A stretch of 64,000 nt of DNA from a virus, in the IMG/VR virus record IMGVR_UViG_3300042566_000478, positions 1 through 64,000 of that record; one strand, 5' to 3'. Positions 1-8,981 of the stretch are shown piece after piece (the stretch's first letter is position 1; every line of letters starts with the position of its first letter). Position numbers and translations under genes: made by a program. The notes beneath the pieces are model-generated. The model was not told the DNA's origin, searched no databases, and saw only the letters and a program-made list of their open reading frames with translations.

Positions 1-181
1 AGACACAGCACTACCCCGTCTGCATCGCTCTACGAGGCTCTGGATGGGCAATCCATGCCTACTTCTGGGTCTATGGCTGGGGCATGAATCGGTATCGGGG
101 ACTAGGTGGAGGCTTTACCCCATGTCACGCCTGCTGGTAGCAACTATTCGCTGGCACAGCACCAGAACGCTCCAGATGCTC

Positions 182-532
182 CTACACGCTCCAGACCGCT
201 ACTGGTTCACCATTGAGCGTTACCGACTCCAGAACACGCTCACGCATTCCTAGTGCGTACTCCAGCGACTCCAGATGCTCCTGTATTCCCTCCATGATGA
301 GGAGATGCTCAATGGGTTCGCTTGGGGCGAATTGTGCAATGCGTGTGGCGTATCTGGCGAGACTCACGAGCACCATCTGGGCATCGTGGCGTTGCTGTTC
401 CGTGTATGTGTCCATGCGATGTACGAGCATTCTTCGGTATCTGGATGTAAAGAGCCTGGGCGAAATCGGCTTTAGCGGCGAGATGAAATCATCAATGAAA
501 TTGGGCTCAATTCGCATGACATCGGAATGCAC
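182..532 (-). CDS. hypothetical protein
   Basis: ORF track, 116 aa; same strand as all neighbours; true start may be downstream. Confidence 0.45.
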   Translation of the reverse strand: MHSDVMRIEPNFIDDFISPLKPISPRLFTSRYRRMLVHRMDTYTEQQRHDAQMVLVSLARYATRIAQFAPSEPIEHLLIMEGIQEHLESLEYALGMRERVLESVTLNGEPVAVWSV

Positions 533-637
533 CTGTCACGAGTGTTTACGCGAAGTTTCGCTTACTCATCATCCATCTGCATTCATTCCAGAGGCTTAGA
601 AGGGCTCATATCGCCTGTAAATCTGGGCATAAATGCA

Positions 638-674
638 AAAAACCCCGATACCCACTCATCTGGGTATCGGGGCT
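638..674 (-). terminator. intrinsic terminator after 692-1510
   Basis: minus strand GCCCCGATACCCA-gatgag-TGGGTATCGGGGT followed by a T run. Confidence 0.85.
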
Positions 675-691
675 CGTGCAGAGCGATTGAC

Positions 692-1510
692 TCAGTATCC
701 ACCCTCCGCACACTTCGCACCCATGCCACGCTTGCGTGATTCATCATCGGTCAGGATGCGATTGCAATGGAAGCACCTGCCGAGATTCTGGGCGAATTGC
801 ATCTGGGCTTCATCCCATTGGGCTGAGTCCATTGCTTCAATCGCATCCATCACACGCTTCGCTTCGGTGAGTGACATGACTGGCGAATTGCTGGTGTCCT
901 CGTGGCTGAATGCTCCACCAATGATTCGCTTCAGAACATAAATCGTTCCCGACTTCCGCCTGCTCTGCACGAATCCATAGAAATCCAAATCGTTGTTGCC
1001 CGTGTGCGATGGCAATGCGAAGTAAGCATCACCATCCAAATCTGCACACGCTTCAGCGATGAACTTCTCAACACGCTTCGCAAGAATTGATGAAGGCTTC
1101 GCAGGCTCAATGCACTCACCCTTGTGATGCCAAGTAGACCAACCACCATTGCTCAACACGGCGAGTCCACTCATGTAAGCGACATCATGTCCGCAGAGTT
1201 CGCATGACTTCGCATACTTGTTTTCAATGATGCGTGTCATACCAGTTGTGCCTGCATCAACAATGTGTGAGCAATCAAATGAGAATGACACTTCAGCATT
1301 CTTTGGTGAGATGACATCAACAGGCTTGTCCTTCAATTCTGAAATCAATTTGCTCGCCTGTGACTTGGTGATATTTGCATTCTTGGATTCAATCCACGAC
1401 TTCGCAGATTCAATCGTTGGCTCAATGCCAAACAACGATGCTCGCTGTGACATGAGTGTGAGCAGGAACTTCATCTGCGCTGGAGTGATTGGTTCGGTGG
1501 ATACTGACAT
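692..1510 (-). CDS. DUF6011-like Zn-binding domain protein
   Basis: C-terminal GRCFHCNRILTDDESRKRGMGAKCA; N-terminal TPAQMKFL...TKSQASKLI helical module; AGGAGG RBS. Confidence 0.7.
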   Translation of the reverse strand: MSVSTEPITPAQMKFLLTLMSQRASLFGIEPTIESAKSWIESKNANITKSQASKLISELKDKPVDVISPKNAEVSFSFDCSHIVDAGTTGMTRIIENKYAKSCELCGHDVAYMSGLAVLSNGGWSTWHHKGECIEPAKPSSILAKRVEKFIAEACADLDGDAYFALPSHTGNNDLDFYGFVQSRRKSGTIYVLKRIIGGAFSHEDTSNSPVMSLTEAKRVMDAIEAMDSAQWDEAQMQFAQNLGRCFHCNRILTDDESRKRGMGAKCAEGGY

Positions 1511-1514
1511 GGTG

Positions 1515-1552
1515 ACCTCCTCTGGTCGTTTGGGTTACTTGAACATTACAGA
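1515..1552 (-). promoter_or_regulatory. early promoter (-10 TAATGT) with AACCCAAAC leader and AGGAGG RBS
   Basis: minus: TGTAATGTTCAAGTAACCCAAACGACCAGAGGAGGTCACCATG; -35 weak. Confidence 0.55.
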
Positions 1553-1579
1553 CATTTGGGGCGAATGTGGTGCTGGGTA

Positions 1580-3067
1580 TTAGCCCTCCCATCCGTAGGA
1601 CTCCAGAACCAACATGGCAACGGCTTTGCGCTCATCATCCAGCAGGTCATCTGCCTCGCCATCCAGAACGCTGGACAAGATTCGGTTCTTCATCATGATG
1701 ATTTGAATCATGCGCTCATCAATCGTTGAATGCTCCTCAATCGCACTCAACATGATGTGCGAAACGACATCACGCTTCTGTCCGATTCTCTGCAAACGGT
1801 CTTCGCATTGCAGAAGGTCTGCTGATGTCCAAGGCAACGATGCGCTCACATGATGTCGTGCTGATGTGAGTGTGAGTCCAGTTCCCGATGCAATGATGTT
1901 GCCAACCAACACTCGTGCTGTTCCGTTCTGGAATGCATCAACACTTGCCATCTTCGCTGAGTCATTCATGCCCCCAACAACTTGTACTGCATTCACATCT
2001 GCGAATGCATCCATGTAACGCTTCGCCTCCTCTTTGAATGCACAAGTGATGAACACCTGCTCATCGTTGTCCAGAAGTTCACGCACATAAGCAACAACGC
2101 CATTCACCTTGCCAAGTGCTGACAACTTGCGAAGTTCATTGATGCGAATCAATGCTTCTGCTCGCTCAACATTGTTCGCCTTCTCCTGACCTTTGGTGAT
2201 GCGAATCCACTCGTAGAGATTTGCTTCGGCGTAGCGATACAACTTCTCGTACTTCTCCTCCATCTCCATCGCAACTTCCATACGACCCTTGTTCGGCAAT
2301 TCCAGAACATCGGAACGCTTCATGCGAAGCATGAATGAGCCCACGAGAACATCGTGCAATTCGTTCAAGCGTTGCGCTCCACGAGTGCCATAGTTGTCAA
2401 TGCGTGGTGCATAGCGAGCCATGTATCCACGAATGCCACCTTCAAATGCACCTTGTTGCTCCAGACCATTGATGACCGACAACAATTCCATTGGGCGATT
2501 GATGAGTGGCGTTCCCGACATCATCACTCGGATTCCAGACAATGGAATTGATTGCGAAATATCAATCACGGCTTGCGAACGCTTTGCTCGCTTGCCACCC
2601 TTGATGCGCTGGCATTCATCCACGATGATTCCCTTCACATGACCCTTCAACAGATTCTTGTAACCATCTGCCGATGTGTCACCCATGATGAGTACATCAA
2701 CATCTGGCAATGACTTGATTCCCTGCTTCACAGGGTTAGTACCCGTGATGGTATGCACACTCAACTGCGGAGCGAAGCGTGAGAACTCACGCTTGAATTG
2801 CAATCGCATTGTCGGTGGGCAAACAATCAATACTGGGCGCATTCCTGCTTGAACACTTGATTGCGAAATCGCAACAGCAGTTGGTGACTTGCCTGTTCCC
2901 ATCTCCATCGCAAGCAACACTCGCTGACGCTCCAATGCAAACTTGGTTGCTTCAACTTGATGTGGCATCAATGGCAATGCAGTTTCTTGAACAGCGAAGT
3001 TCAACTTGCTTGGTGCATCATTCAAAATTGACATGAAGCCTTGAAGTGCATCTGACTGGGTTTTCAT
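1580..3067 (-). CDS. SNF2-family (HARP/SMARCAL1-like) helicase
   Basis: LMPHQ, EMGTGKS Walker A, DECQ Walker B, SGTPLINRP, GTGLTL, QCEDRLQRIGQ; start moved to ATG 3067 behind AGGAGG. Confidence 0.9.
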   Translation of the reverse strand: MKTQSDALQGFMSILNDAPSKLNFAVQETALPLMPHQVEATKFALERQRVLLAMEMGTGKSPTAVAISQSSVQAGMRPVLIVCPPTMRLQFKREFSRFAPQLSVHTITGTNPVKQGIKSLPDVDVLIMGDTSADGYKNLLKGHVKGIIVDECQRIKGGKRAKRSQAVIDISQSIPLSGIRVMMSGTPLINRPMELLSVINGLEQQGAFEGGIRGYMARYAPRIDNYGTRGAQRLNELHDVLVGSFMLRMKRSDVLELPNKGRMEVAMEMEEKYEKLYRYAEANLYEWIRITKGQEKANNVERAEALIRINELRKLSALGKVNGVVAYVRELLDNDEQVFITCAFKEEAKRYMDAFADVNAVQVVGGMNDSAKMASVDAFQNGTARVLVGNIIASGTGLTLTSARHHVSASLPWTSADLLQCEDRLQRIGQKRDVVSHIMLSAIEEHSTIDERMIQIIMMKNRILSSVLDGEADDLLDDERKAVAMLVLESYGWEG

Positions 3068-3162
3068 ATTTCCTCCTGTGGAATTGGTTGGGTTCAGCGT
3101 AGCCAGTTTGGAATGGATTCGGCAGGACATTACAGACTTTTTTTTAGAGCCCCAGAATGCCA

Positions 3163-3200
3163 GAAGCCCCGACTCCACAGGGGTTCTGGAGTCAGGGCTC
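3163..3200 (-). terminator. intrinsic terminator-like hairpin
   Basis: minus GCCCTGACTCCA-gaacccctg-TGGAGTCGGGGC-TTCT. Confidence 0.65.
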
Positions 3201-3221
3201 TGGGCTCGGCTTTGCTTCGGG

Positions 3222-3791
3222 CTACTGGTATCGCACCTCATCCCACATGGCTACCTGCATGATGCGATTCCCAGCCTCTGGTGAGAAGAAAAAGTGATTG
3301 GTCTGCATTCCCAGCCTCCATTGGCGAAGTACTGAGTCATCGGTGAGTGACAGCATCTTCACAGCACCAACGATGTCACGGCGTGACAATTCAGCCATAG
3401 TGCAGGTCGTACCAACTGTGTGACCTGACATTGGTTCACCTACCCAAAGTCTCACGAAATCTTCCCAGAACGAAACTGGATGCGAATCTTCTGCGTACTT
3501 GAACACATCTGTGAACGACACATAAGTGAACAGTTCTTGATTGTGGAAATGAGGAACATTAGTAGGCAGAGTGTTGAAGCGTGATGACAACACAGCCTTC
3601 ACGAGTGGGTCACAGAATCGCTGTGGTTCTCCTGCGAAGTCATTCATCGCTTCAATGACTCCACACTCAGAGCAAATCTCGGTCATGTTGTCTACTCGTG
3701 AGATTGCACCTGCATACATTCCTGCGTGTTCACGATTCGGAATTGGTGAATCGCATCGTGGGCAATCTTTGATTTCATTTTGAATTGACAT
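3222..3791 (-). CDS. hypothetical protein with N-terminal Zn finger
   Basis: CPRC...GAISRVDN..EICSECG; start moved to MSIQNE. Confidence 0.7.
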   Translation of the reverse strand: MSIQNEIKDCPRCDSPIPNREHAGMYAGAISRVDNMTEICSECGVIEAMNDFAGEPQRFCDPLVKAVLSSRFNTLPTNVPHFHNQELFTYVSFTDVFKYAEDSHPVSFWEDFVRLWVGEPMSGHTVGTTCTMAELSRRDIVGAVKMLSLTDDSVLRQWRLGMQTNHFFFSPEAGNRIMQVAMWDEVRYQ

Positions 3792-3792
3792 T

Positions 3793-4071
3793 TCAGAATG
3801 TCTCCTTCGTGATTGTGATTGTGTTTTCAAATGATTCTGTTTCAACAGAGATGTTGGTGATGTCTGCAAAGAACTCACCAATCGCTTGTGCTTGCTTTGC
3901 CATTGCAATGAAATGTTCTTCAACCCATTTGAAGTTGTCAGAAGTGTTCATTGTCTTTGCATCTTCACGGTACTTCTCCGATGCGTAACCAAGAATGCGA
4001 ACAAGTGTGTACGCATCAATTACGCAAGCATCTTTTTTGGTATCTGGGATTTCTACTTTTGCAAGTCTCAT
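3793..4071 (-). CDS. hypothetical protein
   Basis: start MRLAKV behind ACCCAAAC leader and AAGGAG RBS. Confidence 0.7.
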   Translation of the reverse strand: MRLAKVEIPDTKKDACVIDAYTLVRILGYASEKYREDAKTMNTSDNFKWVEEHFIAMAKQAQAIGEFFADITNISVETESFENTITITKETF

Positions 4072-4191
4072 GACTGCTCCTTTGTGTTTGGGTACTGACA
4101 TCATATGTCGGGGGTGTACCAATGTCCAACATCTAAGTTCCAGAGCCTTAGAACGCTTCCTATGAGGCGGTTTCTGGGGACATAATAGAAA

Positions 4192-4223
4192 AGAGCCCCA
4201 GACCACTTGGGTCTGAGGCTCTT
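4192..4223 (-). terminator. intrinsic terminator
   Basis: minus AAGAGCCTCAGACC-caagt-GGTCTGGGGCTCTT-TTTC. Confidence 0.8.
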
Positions 4224-4270
4224 CACCTGTGAGGCGGATTCCGACACTTAGCGGAGGCTTCGCATCGGAC

Positions 4271-4579
4271 TCACAAGTATGCGTGTAATGCTTCTGGCAA
4301 GTTGCGCCTGTACTCACCAGACTCAGCAACGAATCCATTTGGGCGAGCAATGACTGTCCACACTACGAATGGTGTGAAGTTGTTGTGTGGAAGAAAGCAC
4401 AACGCTTTCCACGATGCGTATGTTTCACCAACAACACGCTCTCCTCGCTTTTCGCATTCCAGAACAATTCCACCAGTTGTACCAACAAGGTCACCTCGTT
4501 GTAATTGGTCGTTGCTCCTGTCTTTCGGAGTGGTGTCCAAGATTGAATCAACAATCTCTTTGAATACTTGTTCTTGCAT
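4271..4579 (-). CDS. hypothetical protein
   Basis: start MQEQVF behind GAAGGAG RBS. Confidence 0.7.
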   Translation of the reverse strand: MQEQVFKEIVDSILDTTPKDRSNDQLQRGDLVGTTGGIVLECEKRGERVVGETYASWKALCFLPHNNFTPFVVWTVIARPNGFVAESGEYRRNLPEALHAYL

Positions 4580-4609
4580 TTCTGCTCCTTCGTTTGGTTT
4601 GGGATAGTC

Positions 4610-4638
4610 AGGGTATCTGCTCGTAGGACACATTTCAA
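4610..4638 (-). promoter_or_regulatory. sigma70-type promoter
   Basis: TTGAAA-17 nt-TACCCT. Confidence 0.6.
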
Positions 4639-4731
4639 ACATCATTCCCAGAGCAAATAAATCACTAGCAATGTGTAGAAGATGCACCAGCCAACTGTGG
4701 CGTAATTGAACATATTCGGGCTTTCAATCGT

Positions 4732-4788
4732 GAAGGGCTCAGAGAGTCGCAATGTTGGGGGAACATTACAGACTTTTCTGAGCCCTTC
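4732..4788 (-). terminator. long hairpin after the DUF932 gene, containing an octamer copy
   Basis: GAAGGGCTCAGA...TCTGAGCCCTTC inverted repeat with an inner GTAATGTT/AACATTGC stem. Confidence 0.65.
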
Positions 4789-4801
4789 TGGGTTGTTAGG
4801 A

Positions 4802-5866
4802 CTAAGCAGTCACCAATTCAAGTTTGGCGAGAACCATCTTGTCGTACTCTGCTTGCTGGTTTGAAACCAAGCGAGTGTAGTTACGGTTGTAACGGTTCTT
4901 GTCAGAGCCTGACAAGTGCTGATGGAATGTTGTTGTTGCTTGGATTACTCCGAGTGCTGTGTTCTTCCAAGGCAACACTCGTGGGTCTGTGCGCCACAAG
5001 CCATTCAACAAGTCACGCTTCGGATTCTGCTTGCCAGCAGAGCGAGTGTCTTGTGTGTTGGATGGAACAATGAGTGTCTTTCCAGACTCATCCTTCATGG
5101 TGAGTTCAACCATGTTGATTGGGAACAAGTCTTTCACCAGAGCATCAAACTGATTGTCAGTTACTGACCATGCTGACAACTTCTCCAACTCTTCCATCAT
5201 GTCGCTTCCTGCGCTGTAGACAATTTCAAGAGCCTCACGCAAGTTGCCGAGGTCATTCAACTGTGCTGAACGATTGTGGCGAATCTTCACCTTGTGGTCT
5301 GCATTCTCATTGAGTGCCAACTGCAAAGTGTTGTCGCAAACAACTGCTTGGAGACAACGCAAGTATTGAGTCTGTCGCATTCCGTCATGCGATGTTGTCG
5401 CAATGAGTGTTGGGCGAAACTCAAATCCAGAAGTGCTGGAGAGATTCTCTGGTACTGAGATTTGTACCCATGCACGACTGCCCTTCTGGAGCAATCCTGC
5501 TGAGTCAATTCCGAGTTCGTTGCTGTCAAGAATCGCTTCCAAGTTCTTCAACAACACATCTTCGTATTGGTGAATCTGGTAGCGATTAGAAACAACACCA
5601 AAAACTTCTCCGTTGTTGCTGTGGGTAATCGCTTGCTTGCCATCAATCACTTTGAATGAGCCATCGCTGTTCTTTGCGTACACAGGCTTTGATACTGCTT
5701 CAAAGTTGAAGAGTCGGCGTTTGACATCTTCTACTGGAACGAATCCCTCGTAGTGATTGGACTCTTCACCTTGCTCTTCGGCTCGCCAATGCCAAGCCAT
5801 TCCACGCTTCAGCGTGTTTCCAATCAGGGTCATGCGGTTCAACCAACCGCTTGTTTCTGCTGACAT
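4802..5866 (-). CDS. DUF932 / TIGR03299 phage-plasmid-like protein
   Basis: GMAWH, GVVSNRYQIHQ, SAGLLQKGSRAW, TTSHDG, AVVCDNTL, KIRH motifs. Confidence 0.85.
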   Translation of the reverse strand: MSAETSGWLNRMTLIGNTLKRGMAWHWRAEEQGEESNHYEGFVPVEDVKRRLFNFEAVSKPVYAKNSDGSFKVIDGKQAITHSNNGEVFGVVSNRYQIHQYEDVLLKNLEAILDSNELGIDSAGLLQKGSRAWVQISVPENLSSTSGFEFRPTLIATTSHDGMRQTQYLRCLQAVVCDNTLQLALNENADHKVKIRHNRSAQLNDLGNLREALEIVYSAGSDMMEELEKLSAWSVTDNQFDALVKDLFPINMVELTMKDESGKTLIVPSNTQDTRSAGKQNPKRDLLNGLWRTDPRVLPWKNTALGVIQATTTFHQHLSGSDKNRYNRNYTRLVSNQQAEYDKMVLAKLELVTA

Positions 5867-5916
5867 GATATTGCTTCTTTCTCCGCACTCTGGCGGTGTT
5901 TGGGTTTAGGACATTG

Positions 5917-5945
5917 ATTCAATCAGATGTTTTGTCTTTTTGCAA
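5917..5945 (-). promoter_or_regulatory. promoter with atypical -10
   Basis: TTGCAA-17 nt-TTGAAT; shares ATCTGATTGAAT with 7596-7607. Confidence 0.5.
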
Positions 5946-5976
5946 CATCTTCTTATTTTCTTTTTATTGCAAGGGA

Positions 5977-6870
5977 TTATCGCCATCCCTTGCCGAGGTC
6001 ACGGGCGTTCTTCCAGATACTGGATGACTCTGGTGTCTCTGATTTGGTTGCGTGAAGTTGTCGCATCACCTGCTGGCGAATCATCGTGTTCATCGCTTGG
6101 GCAAGTGCTTGTGTGAACTCTGTTTCTGACAACAAGGACATGACAATGTTTTTGAAATCAAAGTTCTTGATTTCATCTTGAACCATCTCTTTGAAATCCA
6201 TCTCATCAATTTCACTTTGTACTGCATCGCTGAAGTCGTGCTCATCAATCACATCATTGACGATTGCTGTTACTTCGTACTTCAATCTTCTGTCATCGTC
6301 TAACTCTTCAATCTTTTCTTCCAAGTCTGCGAAACGAGACTTAGTTGCGTTCTCAATTACTGCATTGAGGTCGTAGTCTTCCAATGCTTCTTCAATGACT
6401 TCATGTGCATTGATTGTCCATGCACTAAGTTTCTCAACTTCTGCTTCAAGTGCATCAATTCTGTTGCAAAGATTGTTGAGCCACTCTGGTGCTTCTGGAA
6501 CAATCTCTTCATCTCGTGATTCTGAGTTAGACACATCTTTGAATTGAAATGGATTCAAGTTGTCAAGTTCAATGTGAGTTTTGTAAATCTTTTCTGGATT
6601 CACTTTGGTGTAGTACTGCAAGTACGAAGACATTACAGAAACTCGCATTCCATTTGGCAGTCTCAACATCTCCCAACCTTCAACAGAATCGCCTGCATCA
6701 GCAAGTGTGTACGCACCATCAATCCACTCTGCTGGAAGAAGTGTTTTTGTTCCTGATGTCTGTGCTGGGATGAGTAAGTCGCTGTCACCAGTCCAATGAA
6801 CAACTCGTACATAGAGTCGCTCATTCTCTGGAAGGTCATCTGCGATGTTCCAATCGTTTTGATTATTCAT
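5977..6870 (-). CDS. hypothetical acidic coiled-coil protein
   Basis: long ORF; start MNNQND behind GAAAGAAGGAAAG. Confidence 0.75.
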   Translation of the reverse strand: MNNQNDWNIADDLPENERLYVRVVHWTGDSDLLIPAQTSGTKTLLPAEWIDGAYTLADAGDSVEGWEMLRLPNGMRVSVMSSYLQYYTKVNPEKIYKTHIELDNLNPFQFKDVSNSESRDEEIVPEAPEWLNNLCNRIDALEAEVEKLSAWTINAHEVIEEALEDYDLNAVIENATKSRFADLEEKIEELDDDRRLKYEVTAIVNDVIDEHDFSDAVQSEIDEMDFKEMVQDEIKNFDFKNIVMSLLSETEFTQALAQAMNTMIRQQVMRQLHATKSETPESSSIWKNARDLGKGWR

Positions 6871-6872
6871 GT

Positions 6873-7307
6873 TCACTTTCCTTCTTTCGTTGTCCATTGG
6901 GTTTCAATTTCATCTTTGATTGCGGTGGTAAATGTATCCCACATATAATCCGAGTTCAAACATCCAGCGAACCATTCCAAATCTTCTTTTGGCAATGCGG
7001 TGAAATACTTTGCTTTTTCTGTTTCATCTTTACTGAAATAGAACTCTGAGTTTTCTTGCAACTCTTGTTGAATTGCATCTGGACTAAATGCGATGGAGTT
7101 TGAATAATTCAAATCTCCGTAACCGCATCCTTCAAGCATTGGTCGCAATGGTTTGCCCATCTGGTCTGCAAGTTCCAGAACATCACCATCGCCACCTTGA
7201 AAGATTTCTTCTTGGTCTTGCTCTGAGAGTTCATCTGTATCAACGATGACACAATGCTCAACATAGAGAATTGTTCCAGATTGTTCACAAATAATAATCT
7301 TTGACAT
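6873..7307 (-). CDS. hypothetical protein
   Basis: acidic 144-aa ORF, translationally coupled to neighbours. Confidence 0.7.
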   Translation of the reverse strand: MSKIIICEQSGTILYVEHCVIVDTDELSEQDQEEIFQGGDGDVLELADQMGKPLRPMLEGCGYGDLNYSNSIAFSPDAIQQELQENSEFYFSKDETEKAKYFTALPKEDLEWFAGCLNSDYMWDTFTTAIKDEIETQWTTKEGK

Positions 7308-7567
7308 CAGCGCACCACCACATCGTATTCAGTTACATAAAAGTCTTCGTGACTGACTGACATATGTCCGTTCATCAATCCCTTCAACTCTTCAACACCA
7401 CCAGTTGCATAGAAGAAGATTTCTTCATCTGGATGTCCAAACACATCGCCAACTACATCTCCTTTTTCATTAGTGACTTCATCACCAAATGAAATGTAAA
7501 CATAATGGTCTGTTTTTGCTTCATCATCCCAGTATCGGATGGTTGCATTCGCACCTTCTGGTTTCAC
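7307..7567 (-). CDS. hypothetical protein
   Basis: GTG start behind AGAGGAG. Confidence 0.65.
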   Translation of the reverse strand: MKPEGANATIRYWDDEAKTDHYVYISFGDEVTNEKGDVVGDVFGHPDEEIFFYATGGVEELKGLMNGHMSVSHEDFYVTEYDVVVR

Positions 7568-7595
7568 TTTCGCTCCTCTGTTTGTTGGGACTCTC

Positions 7596-7624
7596 ATTCA
7601 ATCAGATTGGAACGGACATTACAA
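7596..7624 (-). promoter_or_regulatory. promoter whose -35 overlaps an octamer copy
   Basis: TTGTAA-17 nt-TTGAAT. Confidence 0.5.
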
Positions 7625-7644
7625 CCTTTTTCCATAGAAATGCG

Positions 7645-7792
7645 AAAGCCCCAGATGCCACTCACAAGGAAGGCATTATCTGGGGCTCAATTCACACCAA
7701 AACCCAAATTGGTGTGGCATTACCTCTGCTATTACTCAGAGGCTCGCTTGGTTACCTGTCTAACGAAAGGAGGAAAGAAAACAGGCAACCAA
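7645..7792 (-). ncRNA. putative four-hairpin small RNA / structured 3' UTR with anti-RBS loops (element A)
   Basis: stems at 7748-7792, 7723-7742, 7693-7716 and terminator 7647-7687; G-U pair favours minus strand; loops UCUUUCCUCCUUUCGUU and UUUGGGUU. Confidence 0.65.
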
Positions 7793-7796
7793 TCCT

Positions 7797-8012
7797 TTAC
7801 CAAAGTGCTTTCACATACTTGTGTGTCTCTTCTGCAACAGCATCTTTGTGAAATGGGTCGTGCATTGATGAGCGAAGTGTTTCGGCAACATCAGAACGCA
7901 CATTGGACAAAACATTGAAGTACGCCTGACCGTACCTCCACGATGGTTTGAACTGGTGGTAGTACTTCTCAACACGCTCCATGAACTCTTCGTATGAAAG
8001 TTTCTCTTTCAT
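7797..8012 (-). CDS. hypothetical protein (WRYGQAYFN...DPF type)
   Basis: motif recurrent in small phage proteins. Confidence 0.75.
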   Translation of the reverse strand: MKEKLSYEEFMERVEKYYHQFKPSWRYGQAYFNVLSNVRSDVAETLRSSMHDPFHKDAVAEETHKYVKALW

Positions 8013-8449
8013 TGCGCTCCCATCAAGTACGCAACAGCGAACTGAACTGCATCAAACAAATCGTGCGTTACATACAAACCTTCTGCACCAGAACTGTCAT
8101 TTGCATCAATCACTTCAAACCAAGGATTGCTCACATAAACAAATCGCTTTCGTTCTGTTACAAACTCATCAAGCAATTCATCAGTAGTGATTCCCCATTG
8201 CTCCAAATCGGTTGCATTGTAAATCGCTCCGTAATTGTCATGACCTTTGGACACGATGTCAATCTTCAATGTTCCTTGAACGCATACTGCAAGTTGCATG
8301 GTTGGGCTTTGTGCAAACACAACTGTCTTGTTTGCATTCCCGACATACCATTCAGCACCAGCACGAGACAAGTTTGGTGGAACATTCCAGATGACTTGTG
8401 GGACATTACGAACATTCCCACCTGTGACAATGATGTTTCCTGTGCTCAT
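8009..8449 (-). CDS. hypothetical protein
   Basis: ORF track; coupled start/stop. Confidence 0.7.
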   Translation of the reverse strand: MSTGNIIVTGGNVRNVPQVIWNVPPNLSRAGAEWYVGNANKTVVFAQSPTMQLAVCVQGTLKIDIVSKGHDNYGAIYNATDLEQWGITTDELLDEFVTERKRFVYVSNPWFEVIDANDSSGAEGLYVTHDLFDAVQFAVAYLMGAQ

Positions 8450-8757
8450 TCTTCTTCTCCTTTTGCTACATCAAGACAAAGCAATGCGACACTTCCATCA
8501 GTATCCATTTCTTGAATCGTTTGTCCATTCCATTCAACATTGCGATATGGGTACGCAGTTGCTCGCATGAATGGTTCTCCATACACCGAGATGTTGATGT
8601 CCCATTCTCCACCGCCAAGTGCTTCTGGAATGGTGACACCTTGCCACTCATCAAAGTCATCGTAAAACACCTTCTGTTCACGAATCGCTTTCTCTGCCAA
8701 ATGCAATGCTTCTTCTGTTAGGTAATTCACTAACTCTTCGCTTTTTGTCATGAACAT
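8446..8757 (-). CDS. hypothetical protein
   Basis: ORF track; GGAGG RBS. Confidence 0.7.
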   Translation of the reverse strand: MFMTKSEELVNYLTEEALHLAEKAIREQKVFYDDFDEWQGVTIPEALGGGEWDINISVYGEPFMRATAYPYRNVEWNGQTIQEMDTDGSVALLCLDVAKGEEE

Positions 8758-8981
8758 ACTTCCTCCAAGTATTCCAAATCAATGTTGAATAAAATGACCG
8801 TGTGACCTTCTGGAGCGTAAAACTTTACATACGCTCCGTCTAAATCTTCTTCCATGTCTTCATTTACATTACAGACATATTTGAGTTTCGCAACATCCTC
8901 GTCACCATAAAACTGGTTGGTGTTGAGTGCTGGAATCAACAAATCTTGTGCAACTAAATCGGGGCGAATAATGTGTGGCAT
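8748..8981 (-). CDS. hypothetical protein
   Basis: start MPHIIR overlaps upstream stop (TAATG). Confidence 0.65.
   Translation of the reverse strand: MPHIIRPDLVAQDLLIPALNTNQFYGDEDVAKLKYVCNVNEDMEEDLDGAYVKFYAPEGHTVILFNIDLEYLEEVCS

Noticed and set aside
3163-3200. Terminator loop/arm complementary to the downstream helicase RBS region (TCCACAGG)
   Set aside because: Only about 8 contiguous Watson-Crick pairs, mostly buried in the stem; could be chance.
3068-4687. Long N-terminal extensions given by the ORF track (starts 3241, 3923, 4350, 4687)
   Set aside because: They run through terminators and promoters; internal ATGs have strong RBSs.
7645-7792. tRNA or tmRNA in the multi-stem intergenic region
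   Set aside because: Stems are tandem with no closing acceptor stem, TTC loop or CCA end.
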